Positions 49,533-59,700 of a DNA stretch of 64,000 nucleotides are shown one piece after another. A program made the translations under genes and the position numbers. The DNA comes from an uncultured Chloroflexia bacterium. Lineage in GTDB: Bacteria > Chloroflexota > Limnocylindria > Limnocylindrales > CSP1-4. The DNA lies in assembly GCA_963711105.1 (NCBI GenBank), contig CAVQCV010000005.1:262415-326414 (forward strand), read 5' to 3'. The notes below the pieces were generated by a model. That model searched no databases and was not told where the DNA came from. It saw only the letters and a program-made list of their open reading frames with translations. Positions within the stretch are counted from its first letter, which is position 1, and every line of letters begins with the position of its first letter.

Positions 49533-50857
49533 TCAGGAGCCGGCGAAACCGGACCTGGCCAGGTCGACCGCGAACGCGACCGTGTAGCGGCCGTCGCGGT
49601 CGGTGGAGACCAGGATCAGCGTGCTGCCCTGGAGGGCGATCCACTCGGGCGCGGGAACGGCGGAGATGACCGCTCCGGCCGACAGGGAGCGATCCCTGAA
49701 GGCGGGATAGACGATGCCGCCGGCCACGGTGGCGTACCAGGCCACGATCGGTCCGCCGGGGGTGGCGGAGACCGCCGGGCTCAGCGCGCTCGCCGCACCC
49801 GCACCGGACGGCGTCGCGGTCGAGATGGGATCGCGGGCTCCGGAGGGCAGCACGACCGTCATGACGCCCGGCCGGCCTCCGTTGGGCGGGTCGGCGGCCA
49901 CGTCCCATGAAAGGTAGCGACCGTCCGCCGATAGAGCCGCGCCGGAGGCGGGCCGGCCGATCGGAAAGAGGGCCGGGTTGACCGCGTCGGCAACGTCGAG
50001 TTCGAGGCCGTTCTCCTCTTCGAGGACCGCGACGGTGTCGCCGCCGAGCAGCAGATCCTTGACCCGGCCCGAGGTGCGGACCGTCCACAGCAAGCGGGCC
50101 GTGGCGATGCTCCTGACCTCGACCGTCTCGCCGAGGGCGAAGACGCCCGGCGAGTTGTGCCGGTTGAAGGCGACGAGGTCCGGCGTCATTGCGATCAGGA
50201 CCGGATGAACACGCGTCTCGGCCGAGTCGACGACGCGCTGCCCGCTCGCGATCACGCGGTTGTGCGCGCCGACGAGATCGCTCAGATGGATCGTCCACGA
50301 CACGTCGGCCGGGGTTGCCGCAGCCGGTGACGCCGGGCGCTACGGCCAGCTGGTTCGACCACCACGTAGGCCAGCGACTTCCCGGCGGCGGCGACGTTCG
50401 TGATGGCCTGGCAGCGGCCGACCGCGGCCACGGTCCGGGCGGTGGACGTCGAGCCGATGATGGTGGTCTGCAGCCGGTTGGAGTCGACGACGAAGAAGAG
50501 GCGCGTGCCGACGGCGGCCAGGGTGCCGCTCGAAATGTTGGGAGGAAGCCAGGACGTGCGCAAGTCCGAGCCGGCGGGCTGGTAGCGGGCCAGCAGGCCC
50601 AGGCCCTCGGGATCCGGCGGCAGCGTCGCGGCCGGTGCGATCGGCGCAATCGTGGGCGCGGCCGGGACGGATGCGCTCGGGGCCGGTGTCTCGCCCTTGC
50701 CGCCGGAGACGTGCGGGCCGAGGACTCCGATCGAGAATATCGAAGCCGCCAGAACGGCCACGATGCCTATCTGCAGGTAGGGGAGTCGGAACCGGCCGAA
50801 ACCTTCGATCGGCGCGCGCTGGTCTTCCGTGGCGGCCTCACTTCCGGGCGCCGCCAA
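49533..50857 (-). pseudogene. Membrane-anchored beta-rich secreted protein split by an apparent 1-nt frameshift (50282-50857 and 49533-50303)
   Basis: N-terminal TM anchor and Pro/Ala linker; two overlapping same-strand ORFs of similar composition. Confidence 0.55.
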
Positions 50858-50876
50858 CTATGGCGCCCGGACTGGG

Positions 50877-51962
50877 TCAGGTCGCGGATGCCACCTCGCC
50901 GGCCCGCACGGCGGTCCCGGCTCTCGCTTCCTGCGCCTCGAGCCAGCGTTCGGCGTCGATGGCCGCCCGGCAACCCTCGCCCGCGGCGCTCACGGCCTGA
51001 CGGTAGCGAGGGTCGTCCACGTCGCCGGCAATGAAGACACCGTCCACGTTGGAGGCGGTGGTGGCGCCGGTCAGCTTCAGGTAGCCGTGATCGTCCAGGT
51101 CCAGCCAGCCCTTGAAGGCAGCGACGTTGGGGCTGTGACCGATGGCGATGAACAGTCCGTCCAGGGGCAGCGTCTCCTCGCCCTCTGCGTCCGTCCGTCG
51201 CAGCCGGACCGACTCGACCTTGTCGTGGCCGACCACCTCCTCGACCCCCCGGCTCAGATGGAGCTGGATCTTCGGGTGAGAGGCGACGCGGTCGCGCATG
51301 ATCTTGCTGCCGCGGAACTCGCCCCGGCGATGGATGACGTGGACTCTGCTGGCGAAGCGCGTCAGGTACAGCGCTTCCTCGAGCGCCGTGTCGCCGCCGC
51401 CGACGACCCCGACTTCCTTGTCCCGGAAGAAGAAGCCGTCGCAGGTCGCGCAGGCGCTCACCCCCCGGCCGCGCAACCTCGTCTCGCTGTCGATGCCCAG
51501 CCAGTTGGCCTGGGCGCCGGTGGCGACGATCACGCTCTCAGCGCGGTATTCGACCCCGCCCGCCCACAGGCGGAACGGCCGGCCGCCGAAGTCCACCCGC
51601 TCGACGTCGACGTCGTAGATGCGAGCCCCGAATTGCTCCGCCTGCTTGCGGAAGAGCCCCATCAGCTCCGGGCCCTGGACGCCGTCCGGGAAGCCGGGGT
51701 AGTTCTCGACGTCGCTCGTGGTCATGAGCTGGCCGCCGGCTTCGAGGCCGCCGATGACGACGGGCTCGAGGTTCGCCCGGGCCGCGTAGATGGCAGCCGT
51801 AAGACCGGCGGGGCCGGATCCGACGATGACCACCCGGGCCTCGACCGACTCGGTCGACTCGGGGGCGACGGAGGACGCCTCGGCCGCTTCCGCTGCGGGG
51901 CTGACGAAATTGAGGCTGAGCCCGCCGAACGACGGCTTGGGCTTGGGGGTCGTGTCGCTCAT
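50877..51962 (-). CDS. trxB: Thioredoxin-disulfide reductase
   Basis: GSGPAG, VENYPGF, SACATCDG, GGGDTALEEA and YRQAVSAAG.GC. Confidence 0.96.
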   Translation of the reverse strand: MSDTTPKPKPSFGGLSLNFVSPAAEAAEASSVAPESTESVEARVVIVGSGPAGLTAAIYAARANLEPVVIGGLEAGGQLMTTSDVENYPGFPDGVQGPELMGLFRKQAEQFGARIYDVDVERVDFGGRPFRLWAGGVEYRAESVIVATGAQANWLGIDSETRLRGRGVSACATCDGFFFRDKEVGVVGGGDTALEEALYLTRFASRVHVIHRRGEFRGSKIMRDRVASHPKIQLHLSRGVEEVVGHDKVESVRLRRTDAEGEETLPLDGLFIAIGHSPNVAAFKGWLDLDDHGYLKLTGATTASNVDGVFIAGDVDDPRYRQAVSAAGEGCRAAIDAERWLEAQEARAGTAVRAGEVASAT

Positions 51963-51985
51963 GACTCCATCCTAGCACTGCCTGG

Positions 51986-52002
51986 ATACTCCCGGGGAGT
52001 AT
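51986..52002. promoter_or_regulatory. CsoR/RcnR-type operator-like palindrome at the trxB promoter
   Basis: ATACT-CCCGGGG-AGTAT. Confidence 0.55.
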
Positions 52003-52047
52003 AGCCCCGACGGGCGGCACGGCGTTCGCGCCCGGACCGCCGAGAGC

Positions 52048-52942
52048 CTAGATCGAGGCGGGATTCAAGGCGTGCACGGCAGGAACGACATCGCGGCCGA
52101 GGGTCTCGATGTGGCGGAGGTCCCAGACGTCGGCCAGGTTGAAGATGACGTGCTGGACGCCAACTTCGGCCAGGGTACCGAAGCGATCGACGACGGCCGA
52201 AGGAGCCTCGGCGCCGAGATCCACCCGCTGGAGGTTCGTCCGTTCGATCTCCTCGAAGGCCCGGCCTTCCTCCTCGCAGCGCTGCCGCAGGATGTCGAAC
52301 TTGTGCTTGAGCTGGTCCGGCCCGCCGAAGATGTTGGACGCGTCGGCGTAGCGAGCCACGAGCCGCAGTGTCTTCTGCTCACCACCGCCGCCGATGAGGA
52401 TGCGCGGGTGGGGCCTGCTGATGGACTGGGGCGAGTTGAGCAGGCGGGCCGGCTGGTAGTGGCTGCCATCGAAGCTGCCCTCCGAGCCGCGCTCGCCCTG
52501 CCACATTGCCAGGCAGATCCGGAGACACTCCTCGAGCATCTCGAACCGCGTACCCAGGGGCGGCATCGGGAAGCCCAGGCCGCGGCTTTCCTCCTCGTTC
52601 CAGGCCGCGCCGATGCCGAAGACGGCCCGGCCGCCGCTCAGGACGTCCAGCGTCGTGGCCGCCTTGGCCCACAGCCCTGCCTCGCGGTAGTGAATCCCGC
52701 CGACCATGAGCCCGAGCGTGGCGTTCCTGGAGTGTGCGGCCATGTAGCCCAGGGCGGTGAAACCTTCCAGCATGGGCTGCTCGGCCGGGCCGACGCCGCG
52801 GATCTGGAAGAAGTGGTCCATGACCCAGAGCGAGTCGAAGCCGGCCGCGTCCGCGGCCTCGACGATCCGGCCGAGGGTCGGGCCGATGGCGGTTGTGCCG
52901 CCGGGCCAGGTGAACGTAGGGAATCTGCAGGCCGATCTTCAT
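52048..52942 (-). CDS. LLM-class F420-dependent oxidoreductase, with a frameshift after codon ~8 (~52918)
   Basis: MKIGLQIP, then in another frame TFTWPGG...GFDSLWVMDHFFQI, LDVLSGGR and ILIGGGGE.KTL. Confidence 0.85.
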
Positions 52943-53125
52943 GGGGCGAACTCCAGGCGAAGGAAAGGCCGGGTACGCTCGCCGGCCGCTCGCAAGATAG
53001 CACCGGCGAGCCTCGGCGCCGGCCGGAGACGTCTCTCGTACCGCCCTGTCGCCGCCGGTGCCTCCGCGCGCCCCCAGCGTGGGGGCCGGAGGGCCCGCCG
53101 GCCGCGGGCTGACCGAGGTCAGCCT

Positions 53126-54046
53126 TCAGATGCGCCCGATCCTCCGGGGTGCGAACCGGGGTCCGAATTGCGGGATCTTGATCCCTGAGACTTCGAGTAG
53201 CAGGACGACTCGAGCGCGATGACCGGCATACGGTTCAAGGAGCTCCAGCATGCGGCCGTCGTCAGCGCGTGGCTCGCGGGCCAGCGCCCACGACACCAGG
53301 TCCGGCAGATGGGCGTCGCCGACCGTCACGGTGTCGGGGTCGCCGAAAGCGACGCGGACCGCTTCGGCGGCTGTCCAGGGACCGATTCCCTGGATCTCCT
53401 GGAGACGCGTGGCGGCCTCGGCCGGAGGCAGGACCGTCCACGACTCGATGCGTCCCGCCAGGCTGCCGATGCGGCGCAGAAGCTCGGCGCGGCGTCGTTC
53501 CAGGCCGAGAGGGTGAAACTCGAAGTAGGGGAGGGCGGCCAGGCGTTCGCCGGTCGGCGGCAGGCGCAGGCCGGGCGGTCCCGGTGCCGGCTCGCCGAAC
53601 CTCTCGACGATGCCGGAGTAGGCGGCCAGGGCTTCGGTCGCCGTCACCTTCTGGCCGCAGACGGCCGGGATCAGCGCCGGCAGCAGCTGGCCGGTGCGGG
53701 CCATCCTCAGGCCGGCGAACCGGCGGATCAGGTCGGCGATGAGCGGATGGTGGGGGATGAGGGGGCCGGGATCGTCCAGCAGTCCGGCCAGCCCGGGCGC
53801 GGCCTCGATCGCCTGGCGGGCGCCCGGGCCCCAGGCCTCGGCGACTATCTCGCCCGGCGCGGCCGCCAGCCGCAGAGTGGCGGGTCCATCGGCCGTGGCC
53901 CGTGCGATCCAGAACCCGTCGGCGTCGAATCGGATCGTCGGGTCGGCGGAGCCGTGGCGCAGCGGCCCGAGGGTCAACCGCAGGTCGATGGGCGAGGGCG
54001 CCTGCAGGCGGGCCGTCACAGGATCGCCCCTGCGCCCGGCTGTCAC
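53126..54046 (-). CDS. AlkA/HhH-GPD family DNA-3-methyladenine glycosylase-like protein
   Basis: GQKVT, HhH GIGPWTA and GD.HLP. Confidence 0.85.
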   Translation of the reverse strand: MTAGRRGDPVTARLQAPSPIDLRLTLGPLRHGSADPTIRFDADGFWIARATADGPATLRLAAAPGEIVAEAWGPGARQAIEAAPGLAGLLDDPGPLIPHHPLIADLIRRFAGLRMARTGQLLPALIPAVCGQKVTATEALAAYSGIVERFGEPAPGPPGLRLPPTGERLAALPYFEFHPLGLERRRAELLRRIGSLAGRIESWTVLPPAEAATRLQEIQGIGPWTAAEAVRVAFGDPDTVTVGDAHLPDLVSWALAREPRADDGRMLELLEPYAGHRARVVLLLEVSGIKIPQFGPRFAPRRIGRI

Positions 54047-54837
54047 CGGAAGAGGTCGAACTCCGCCGGCATGAGCGAGTCGGCGATCCGGCCCTCACCC
54101 CGCGTGGGGTCGGCGCCGCGAACGATGGCCGCGGGCCGGCGGGCGATCTTGCCGAAGGCCAGTTCGGCGGCCGTGGCGATCTCGTCGGCCGTGGCCCGGA
54201 TCGTGCTCTTCATGACGCGGCCGTCGGCGTCGGGACTGCCGCGCAGATCGTCGATCGGCTTCATGCCGCTCACGCCGATGGCTACATCCACGATGCCCCA
54301 ACGCCACGGCCGGCCGAAGCTGTCCGAGATCAGGACCGGCAGGTCGACGCCAAACGCGTCAAGCACGGCAGCCCGAATGCGACCCGCCGAGGCGTCGGGA
54401 TCGGCCGGCAGCAGAGTCACGATGGTGCCGCTTCCCGGCCCGACGTTAGAAGCGTCGACGCCGCCATTGGCGCACACGAAGCCGTGGGCCGTTTCTGTGA
54501 TCAGCACGCCGTTCTGCCAGCGGACCACGCGCCGGGCCTCGCGCAGCACGATCTCGATCTGGCGCGGATCGCGGTCCCACTCTCGGGCGAACTCGACTGC
54601 CTCCGGCCTCGGCTCGACCGTGGTCAGGTCGACTATCGCGCCTTCGGCTTTGGAGACGATCTTCTGGGTGACGACAAGGACGTCGTCGACTCGCAAAGGC
54701 TGGACGTCGGGCGTGCCGCCGAGGGCGTCGACCAGCAGCTGCGGCAGATCGTCACCCGGGCGGATTTCCGGAATGCCGGCCAGCGCCAGGACCTCGACGC
54801 GGCCGGTGCGGGAACCGGCGCCCCCTTCGCCGCTCAC
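54043..54837 (-). CDS. cofE: Coenzyme F420-0:L-glutamate ligase
   Basis: GIPEIRPGDDL, KIVSKAEG, ANGGVDASN, SDSFGRPWR and DLFR. Confidence 0.94.
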   Translation of the reverse strand: MSGEGGAGSRTGRVEVLALAGIPEIRPGDDLPQLLVDALGGTPDVQPLRVDDVLVVTQKIVSKAEGAIVDLTTVEPRPEAVEFAREWDRDPRQIEIVLREARRVVRWQNGVLITETAHGFVCANGGVDASNVGPGSGTIVTLLPADPDASAGRIRAAVLDAFGVDLPVLISDSFGRPWRWGIVDVAIGVSGMKPIDDLRGSPDADGRVMKSTIRATADEIATAAELAFGKIARRPAAIVRGADPTRGEGRIADSLMPAEFDLFR

Positions 54838-55481
54838 CGGCCGGCCTCGTGGCCCAGGCCGCTGGCATCGGCCTCGAGGAGGTCGTCCGGCGTGTCCAGA
54901 TCGAAAGCCAGGGGTCCTCCGACCTCGACGTACGTCGCGCTGGAAGAGGAAGCAGCCGCCGCATGGGCGGCCCGGCTGCCCTCGCCGAAGAGGAACGGGA
55001 TTGCCCCCGGTGGGCTCACCAGCAACGCGTTCGTTCCACTGCCGCGGCGGTCCGGAACGACGACCACCAGGGGTTGCCCGGGTGCTTGCTCGCAGGCGCG
55101 GGTCGCCGCCTCGACAACATCATCGACGGCGCAGGCTGTGATGGCCGGTAGATCGCCGGGCAGGACCAGGACGGCTGTCGCGATCGGGTGAAGGCTCGCC
55201 ACGGCCTCGTCCAGAGCTTCGTTCAACCCGTCAGACCGTTGCAGGATTGTGCCGGCGCCGGCCAGCCGCGCCGCGCCGAGCAATTCCCGATCCCTGGAGA
55301 CGACTTCCACGGCGGCGACCTGCGGGCAACCCATGGCTGCGCGGATGGTCTGCCTCGCCAGCCCCACGATCAGGGCCGCGCGTTCCTCGGGATCCAGGGG
55401 CTCGGCCAGTCGCGTCTTGGCGCCGCTGAGCGAGCGGACCGGCACCAGGGCGACAATCCGCGACAGGTCGGCGGCGCTCAT
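54834..55481 (-). CDS. cofC: Phospholactate/PEP guanylyltransferase
   Basis: LVPV....AKTRL, GLN.AL, DLP, GTNAL, FG..S...H and DLDTPDDL. Confidence 0.93.
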   Translation of the reverse strand: MSAADLSRIVALVPVRSLSGAKTRLAEPLDPEERAALIVGLARQTIRAAMGCPQVAAVEVVSRDRELLGAARLAGAGTILQRSDGLNEALDEAVASLHPIATAVLVLPGDLPAITACAVDDVVEAATRACEQAPGQPLVVVVPDRRGSGTNALLVSPPGAIPFLFGEGSRAAHAAAASSSSATYVEVGGPLAFDLDTPDDLLEADASGLGHEAGR

Positions 55482-56425
55482 GCCGGTTCGCCAACCCGGG
55501 CCGCAACCTCGCGCGCCAGCCTGACGCGTGAGGCAATGTCCGTCATGACTGTGTCCGTCACGACAACCTCGAGCCCCAGGCCGCGAATGGGCTCGGCGAG
55601 AGAGGCGTCGGCGGTGTCGATCACGAAGGTGTCGATCAGCCCGGCCGAGGCGTAGCGTCGTGCCACGCCCAGAGCCGAGGGCTCGTCGCCCAGGCTGGCC
55701 AGCATCCGGTCCGCCGGTCCCCGCAGCGCCCGCCCGCCCACGATGCCGGACACTCCCACGGCCCTGACGCCGCGCTTCCTGGCCGCGTCCAGTTCGCTCG
55801 CCAGCCCAGGCACGGCCACTATCGGGCCGATCGAGACGACGGGGTTCGACGGCCCGATGACGATGGCTTCGGCGCTCCGGATTGCGTCCCTCACCTCCGC
55901 CGTCAGAGACGCCTGCTCTATGCCCTCGAATACGACCTCGCGGACTTCGGGCGCCTGATGGAGCCGCACGAAGTAGTCCTGGAAAGCCAGCCAGCCGTCA
56001 TCCGTACGGACGCGGGTCCGGACCGGGTCGTCGGTCATCGGCAGGATGGTCGACGGAATGCCGAAGGCCCGACCGAGCTCGGCCGTTACCGTCGTCAGCC
56101 GGTCGCCACGGCGGAGCCGTTCGGTCCGAAATAGGTGGGTGGCGATGTCTCGATCGCCCAACCGGAACCACGTGCCCTCGCCCAGGCGGGTCAGGCCGGT
56201 CATTACGTTCCAGGTCTCGCCGGAAAGACCCCAGCCCTCCGCTCCGGCCACACCGGCCAGGGTGTACATGACCGTGTCGAGATCGGGGCAGATCGCCAGG
56301 GAGTGGCGCTCGAGGTCGTCGCCGGTGTTGACGACCATCGTCAGGCTGCCCGGCGCGAGAGCGACCTGCAGGCCCTCGGCGAGCTTGGCGCCACCGACGC
56401 CACCGGCCAGGCAAACGATGCGCAT
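55478..56425 (-). CDS. cofD: LPPG:FO 2-phospho-L-lactate transferase
   Basis: LAGGVGGAK, VNTGDD, PDLDTVMY, LGDRD, FQDYFV and PSNPVVSI. Confidence 0.95.
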   Translation of the reverse strand: MRIVCLAGGVGGAKLAEGLQVALAPGSLTMVVNTGDDLERHSLAICPDLDTVMYTLAGVAGAEGWGLSGETWNVMTGLTRLGEGTWFRLGDRDIATHLFRTERLRRGDRLTTVTAELGRAFGIPSTILPMTDDPVRTRVRTDDGWLAFQDYFVRLHQAPEVREVVFEGIEQASLTAEVRDAIRSAEAIVIGPSNPVVSIGPIVAVPGLASELDAARKRGVRAVGVSGIVGGRALRGPADRMLASLGDEPSALGVARRYASAGLIDTFVIDTADASLAEPIRGLGLEVVVTDTVMTDIASRVRLAREVAARVGEPA

Positions 56426-56760
56426 CCAGATCCCTCGGGCGAATTCCTGGTCGGAAGCTTAGCCCGAGCCCGGGCCGGTGTCTTTGCTCCGCCCGTCGGG
56501 ACCTTGCCGGGCAAACGGAACGAACTGCGCACATAGGTGCGTTCTGGTGCGCTTTGGCGGGACGGAAGTACCCAGGCAGGTACCTATGGCTTACTGACGC
56601 GGGCCAACGGCCGGGCCTAGCATCGATGGACGCCGTGGTAGCCGCGGTCTTCCATAGTGCGCGTCCCCGCGCGAGGCCCGGAGGCGGTCATCCTGGTTGT
56701 CTGTTTCGATCGCCGTTGTATGAGGCGGCAGACGTGCCGTCGATATAGGAGGGTCGCCCC

Positions 56761-59700
56761 ATGCGCGTCGTCCGGAGTCTCCTGATTGCCACCGCCGTGG
56801 CGGCTCTGATCCTGGCCAACGTCTCGGTCGCGTTAGCCGCCGACCTGACGATCTCCGTCGGCGACCCGATCGATTCCGCTCACGTCACTTCGATCCACAT
56901 TAGCGGCGTGGCGGACACCGGCGCGACCGTCCAGGTGACGATGACGGACGTGAACCTCCACACCAAAGTGGACTCGACCACGGCCGGTCCGGGTGACAGC
57001 TGGTCCCTGACTGAGGATCTGACCCTGCTGGACGACGGCATGATTCAGTTCGATGCCCTGTGCACCGCCGGCTGCACCGGGGCAACGACCAACAGCACGT
57101 CCGCCTTCAAGGACACGGTCACGACGGTAACCATCCAGGATTGGCCGTTGTCCGGCATCGATCCGGACCACGGCAGCGCCGCGACCCCTGCCGTCATCAG
57201 CGGTATCGCCGAAATGCTTGACACCGTAAACATCGACGTCTCGGACGGCACCCACCACGTTACGGACGGGACGACGGCCTCAGACGGAAGCTGGTCTTTC
57301 TCGCTGGACCTGAGCGGCCTGGACAACGGTGCGGACAACATCACCATCCGGGTGGACGTGACCGACTCGTATGGCAACGCGGCCTCCGATGAGAAGACCG
57401 TGGGCAAGAGCTGGTTGCCCGACCAGCCTGCCAAGCCGACCACCGAATTCGGCAACGGCCAGGTAACGGTCACGTGGGTCGCCCCGTACGACGGTTTCTC
57501 GGCGATCACGGGCTTCGACGTCTCTACGTATCAGGGCGGCTCCCCGGTCTCGGGCAAGACTTGCACGGGCGGCGCGACCGACACCAGCTGTGCCGTGACG
57601 GGCCTGACCAACGGTACCGCCTATACGTTCAGAGTCACCGCATCCAACGTGAACGGGTCCAGCCCGGAATCGGTCGACTCGGTTGAGACGACGCCGTCCA
57701 CGACCCCAGCCAAGCCGGCCAAGCCCACGACGTCTCACGCCGATCAGAAGATCACCGTCGGTTGGGTGGCCCCTGACGACGGCGGTGCGGCCCTCACCGG
57801 CTATGACGTGGCGATGTATGAGGGCGCAAGCCTCGTTTCGGCGACCGAATGCTCGGTCGACGGCTCTACTACGACTTGCGATGCCACGGGCTTGACCAAC
57901 GGCACTGCGTACACGTTCACGGTCACGGCCAGCAACGCCAACGGCGCAGGCCCCGTATCCGATCCCTCGGACCCGGCCACTCCATCCACTAACCCGGCCA
58001 AGCCGTCCCAGCCGATGACCAGCAAGGGCGACGCCAGGGTCGCGGTCAGCTGGATAGCGCCCACGGATGACGGCGGCGCCGCGATCGACACCTACGATGT
58101 TGCGACCTACGACGCCGGAACGCTGGTGCCGGCGGCCGTTTGCTCTGCTACCGCGCCGGCGGTTACCTGTGATGTCACGGGCCTGACCAACGGCACGGCC
58201 TATACGTTCACGGTCACGGCGCATAACCTCAACGGCTGGAGCGACCTGTCGGATCCGTCGGATCCGGTCACGCCGTCGACCACGCCGGCCAAGCCGGACC
58301 GGCCGACCACGACCCACCACAACACCACGGTTGACGTCCGCTGGGCGGTCCCGGACGACGGCGGTTCGGCCATCGTCGCTTTCCACGTAGCCACCTACGA
58401 GGGCGGCGCGCTCGTCGCGGGCTGCGACGGCGGATCGTCTGCCACCGAGTGCACGGTTTCCGGCCTGATCAACGGCGCCGCGTACACGTTCACCGTGACC
58501 GCCGAAAACGCCAACGGCCTCGGCTCTGAGTCCGATCCGTCCGATCCGGCGACTCCCTCGACTACGCCCGGCAAGCCCGCCAAGCCAACGGCCGCCCGCG
58601 GCAACAACCTGGTCACCGTCCAGTGGGTCGCGCCGGCTAACAACGGCGCGCCGATCACCGGCTACCAGGTTGCCACGTATCAGGGCGGCAGCCTCGTCGT
58701 CGGCGCGGTCTGCTCAGGCGGCCCGTCGGGTACGAGCTGCGACGTGACGGGCCTGACCAACGGCACGGCCTACACGTTCACGGTCACGGCCAGCAACATC
58801 GACGGCCCTGGCGCCGCGTCGGACCCGTCCGACCCGATGATCCCGAGTGACGGGCCAATGCACCCCGGCGCGCCGACCGGCGTCACCGCGACCAAGGGCA
58901 GGGTTTCTGCGACCGTGTCGTGGACGGCCCCACTCGACGACGGCGGTGCGGCCATCGACAGGTACACGGCGACCGCCGTTCAGGACGGGACCAAGAGCTG
59001 CACGACGGCCAATGGCTCCACCACCAGTTGTGTCATCGGCAGCCTCAGCTCGAGTATCTCGTACACCTTCCAGGTGAGGGCCCACAACAGCCAGGGCGAC
59101 AGCGATCCGTCAACGGCCTCTTCACCCGCGATCCAGCCCGATCCGGCCACCGTGCCGGGCGCGCCAACGATCGGAAGCGCCGTCGGCCTCGACGCGTCTG
59201 CCCGGGTCACCTGGACCGCGCCGACCGACGACGGCGGTGCCGGCATCGACTCCTACACGGTAACCAGCTCGTCTGGCCAGATTTGCACCCTGAACATGCC
59301 CGCCGCGGCCCTGGCCTGCACCTTCGCCAAGAACCAGCTGGCCAACCACAACTCGTACACGTTCACCGTCAAGGCCCACAACGCCGCCGGGGCGTCTCCG
59401 GCATCCACGGCCTCGAGTTCGGTTGTCCCGCGCATGGGTGACAGCTACGTGGCCGTCACGCCGAGCCGTGTCCTGAATCAGGCGACCCTCCAGGCTGGCC
59501 AGGGCAATACGATGCACCCTCTGACCTTCCAAGTCACGGACAAAGCGCCGGGCGACAGCGCCACCAACATCCCGCCCGACGCGGTGGCCGTGACCGGCGT
59601 TCTGTCGGTCGCCTCGCCGTCCTCCTTGGGGTACCTGGCACTCACACCGGCCCCGCCGACCGGAGCTCCAAGCACCAGCACGTTGAACTTCCCGGCGGCC

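Noticed and set aside
57415-59430. DNA-level repeats (ggcctgaccaacggcac...) as an array
   Set aside because: Explained by duplicated FN3 coding domains.
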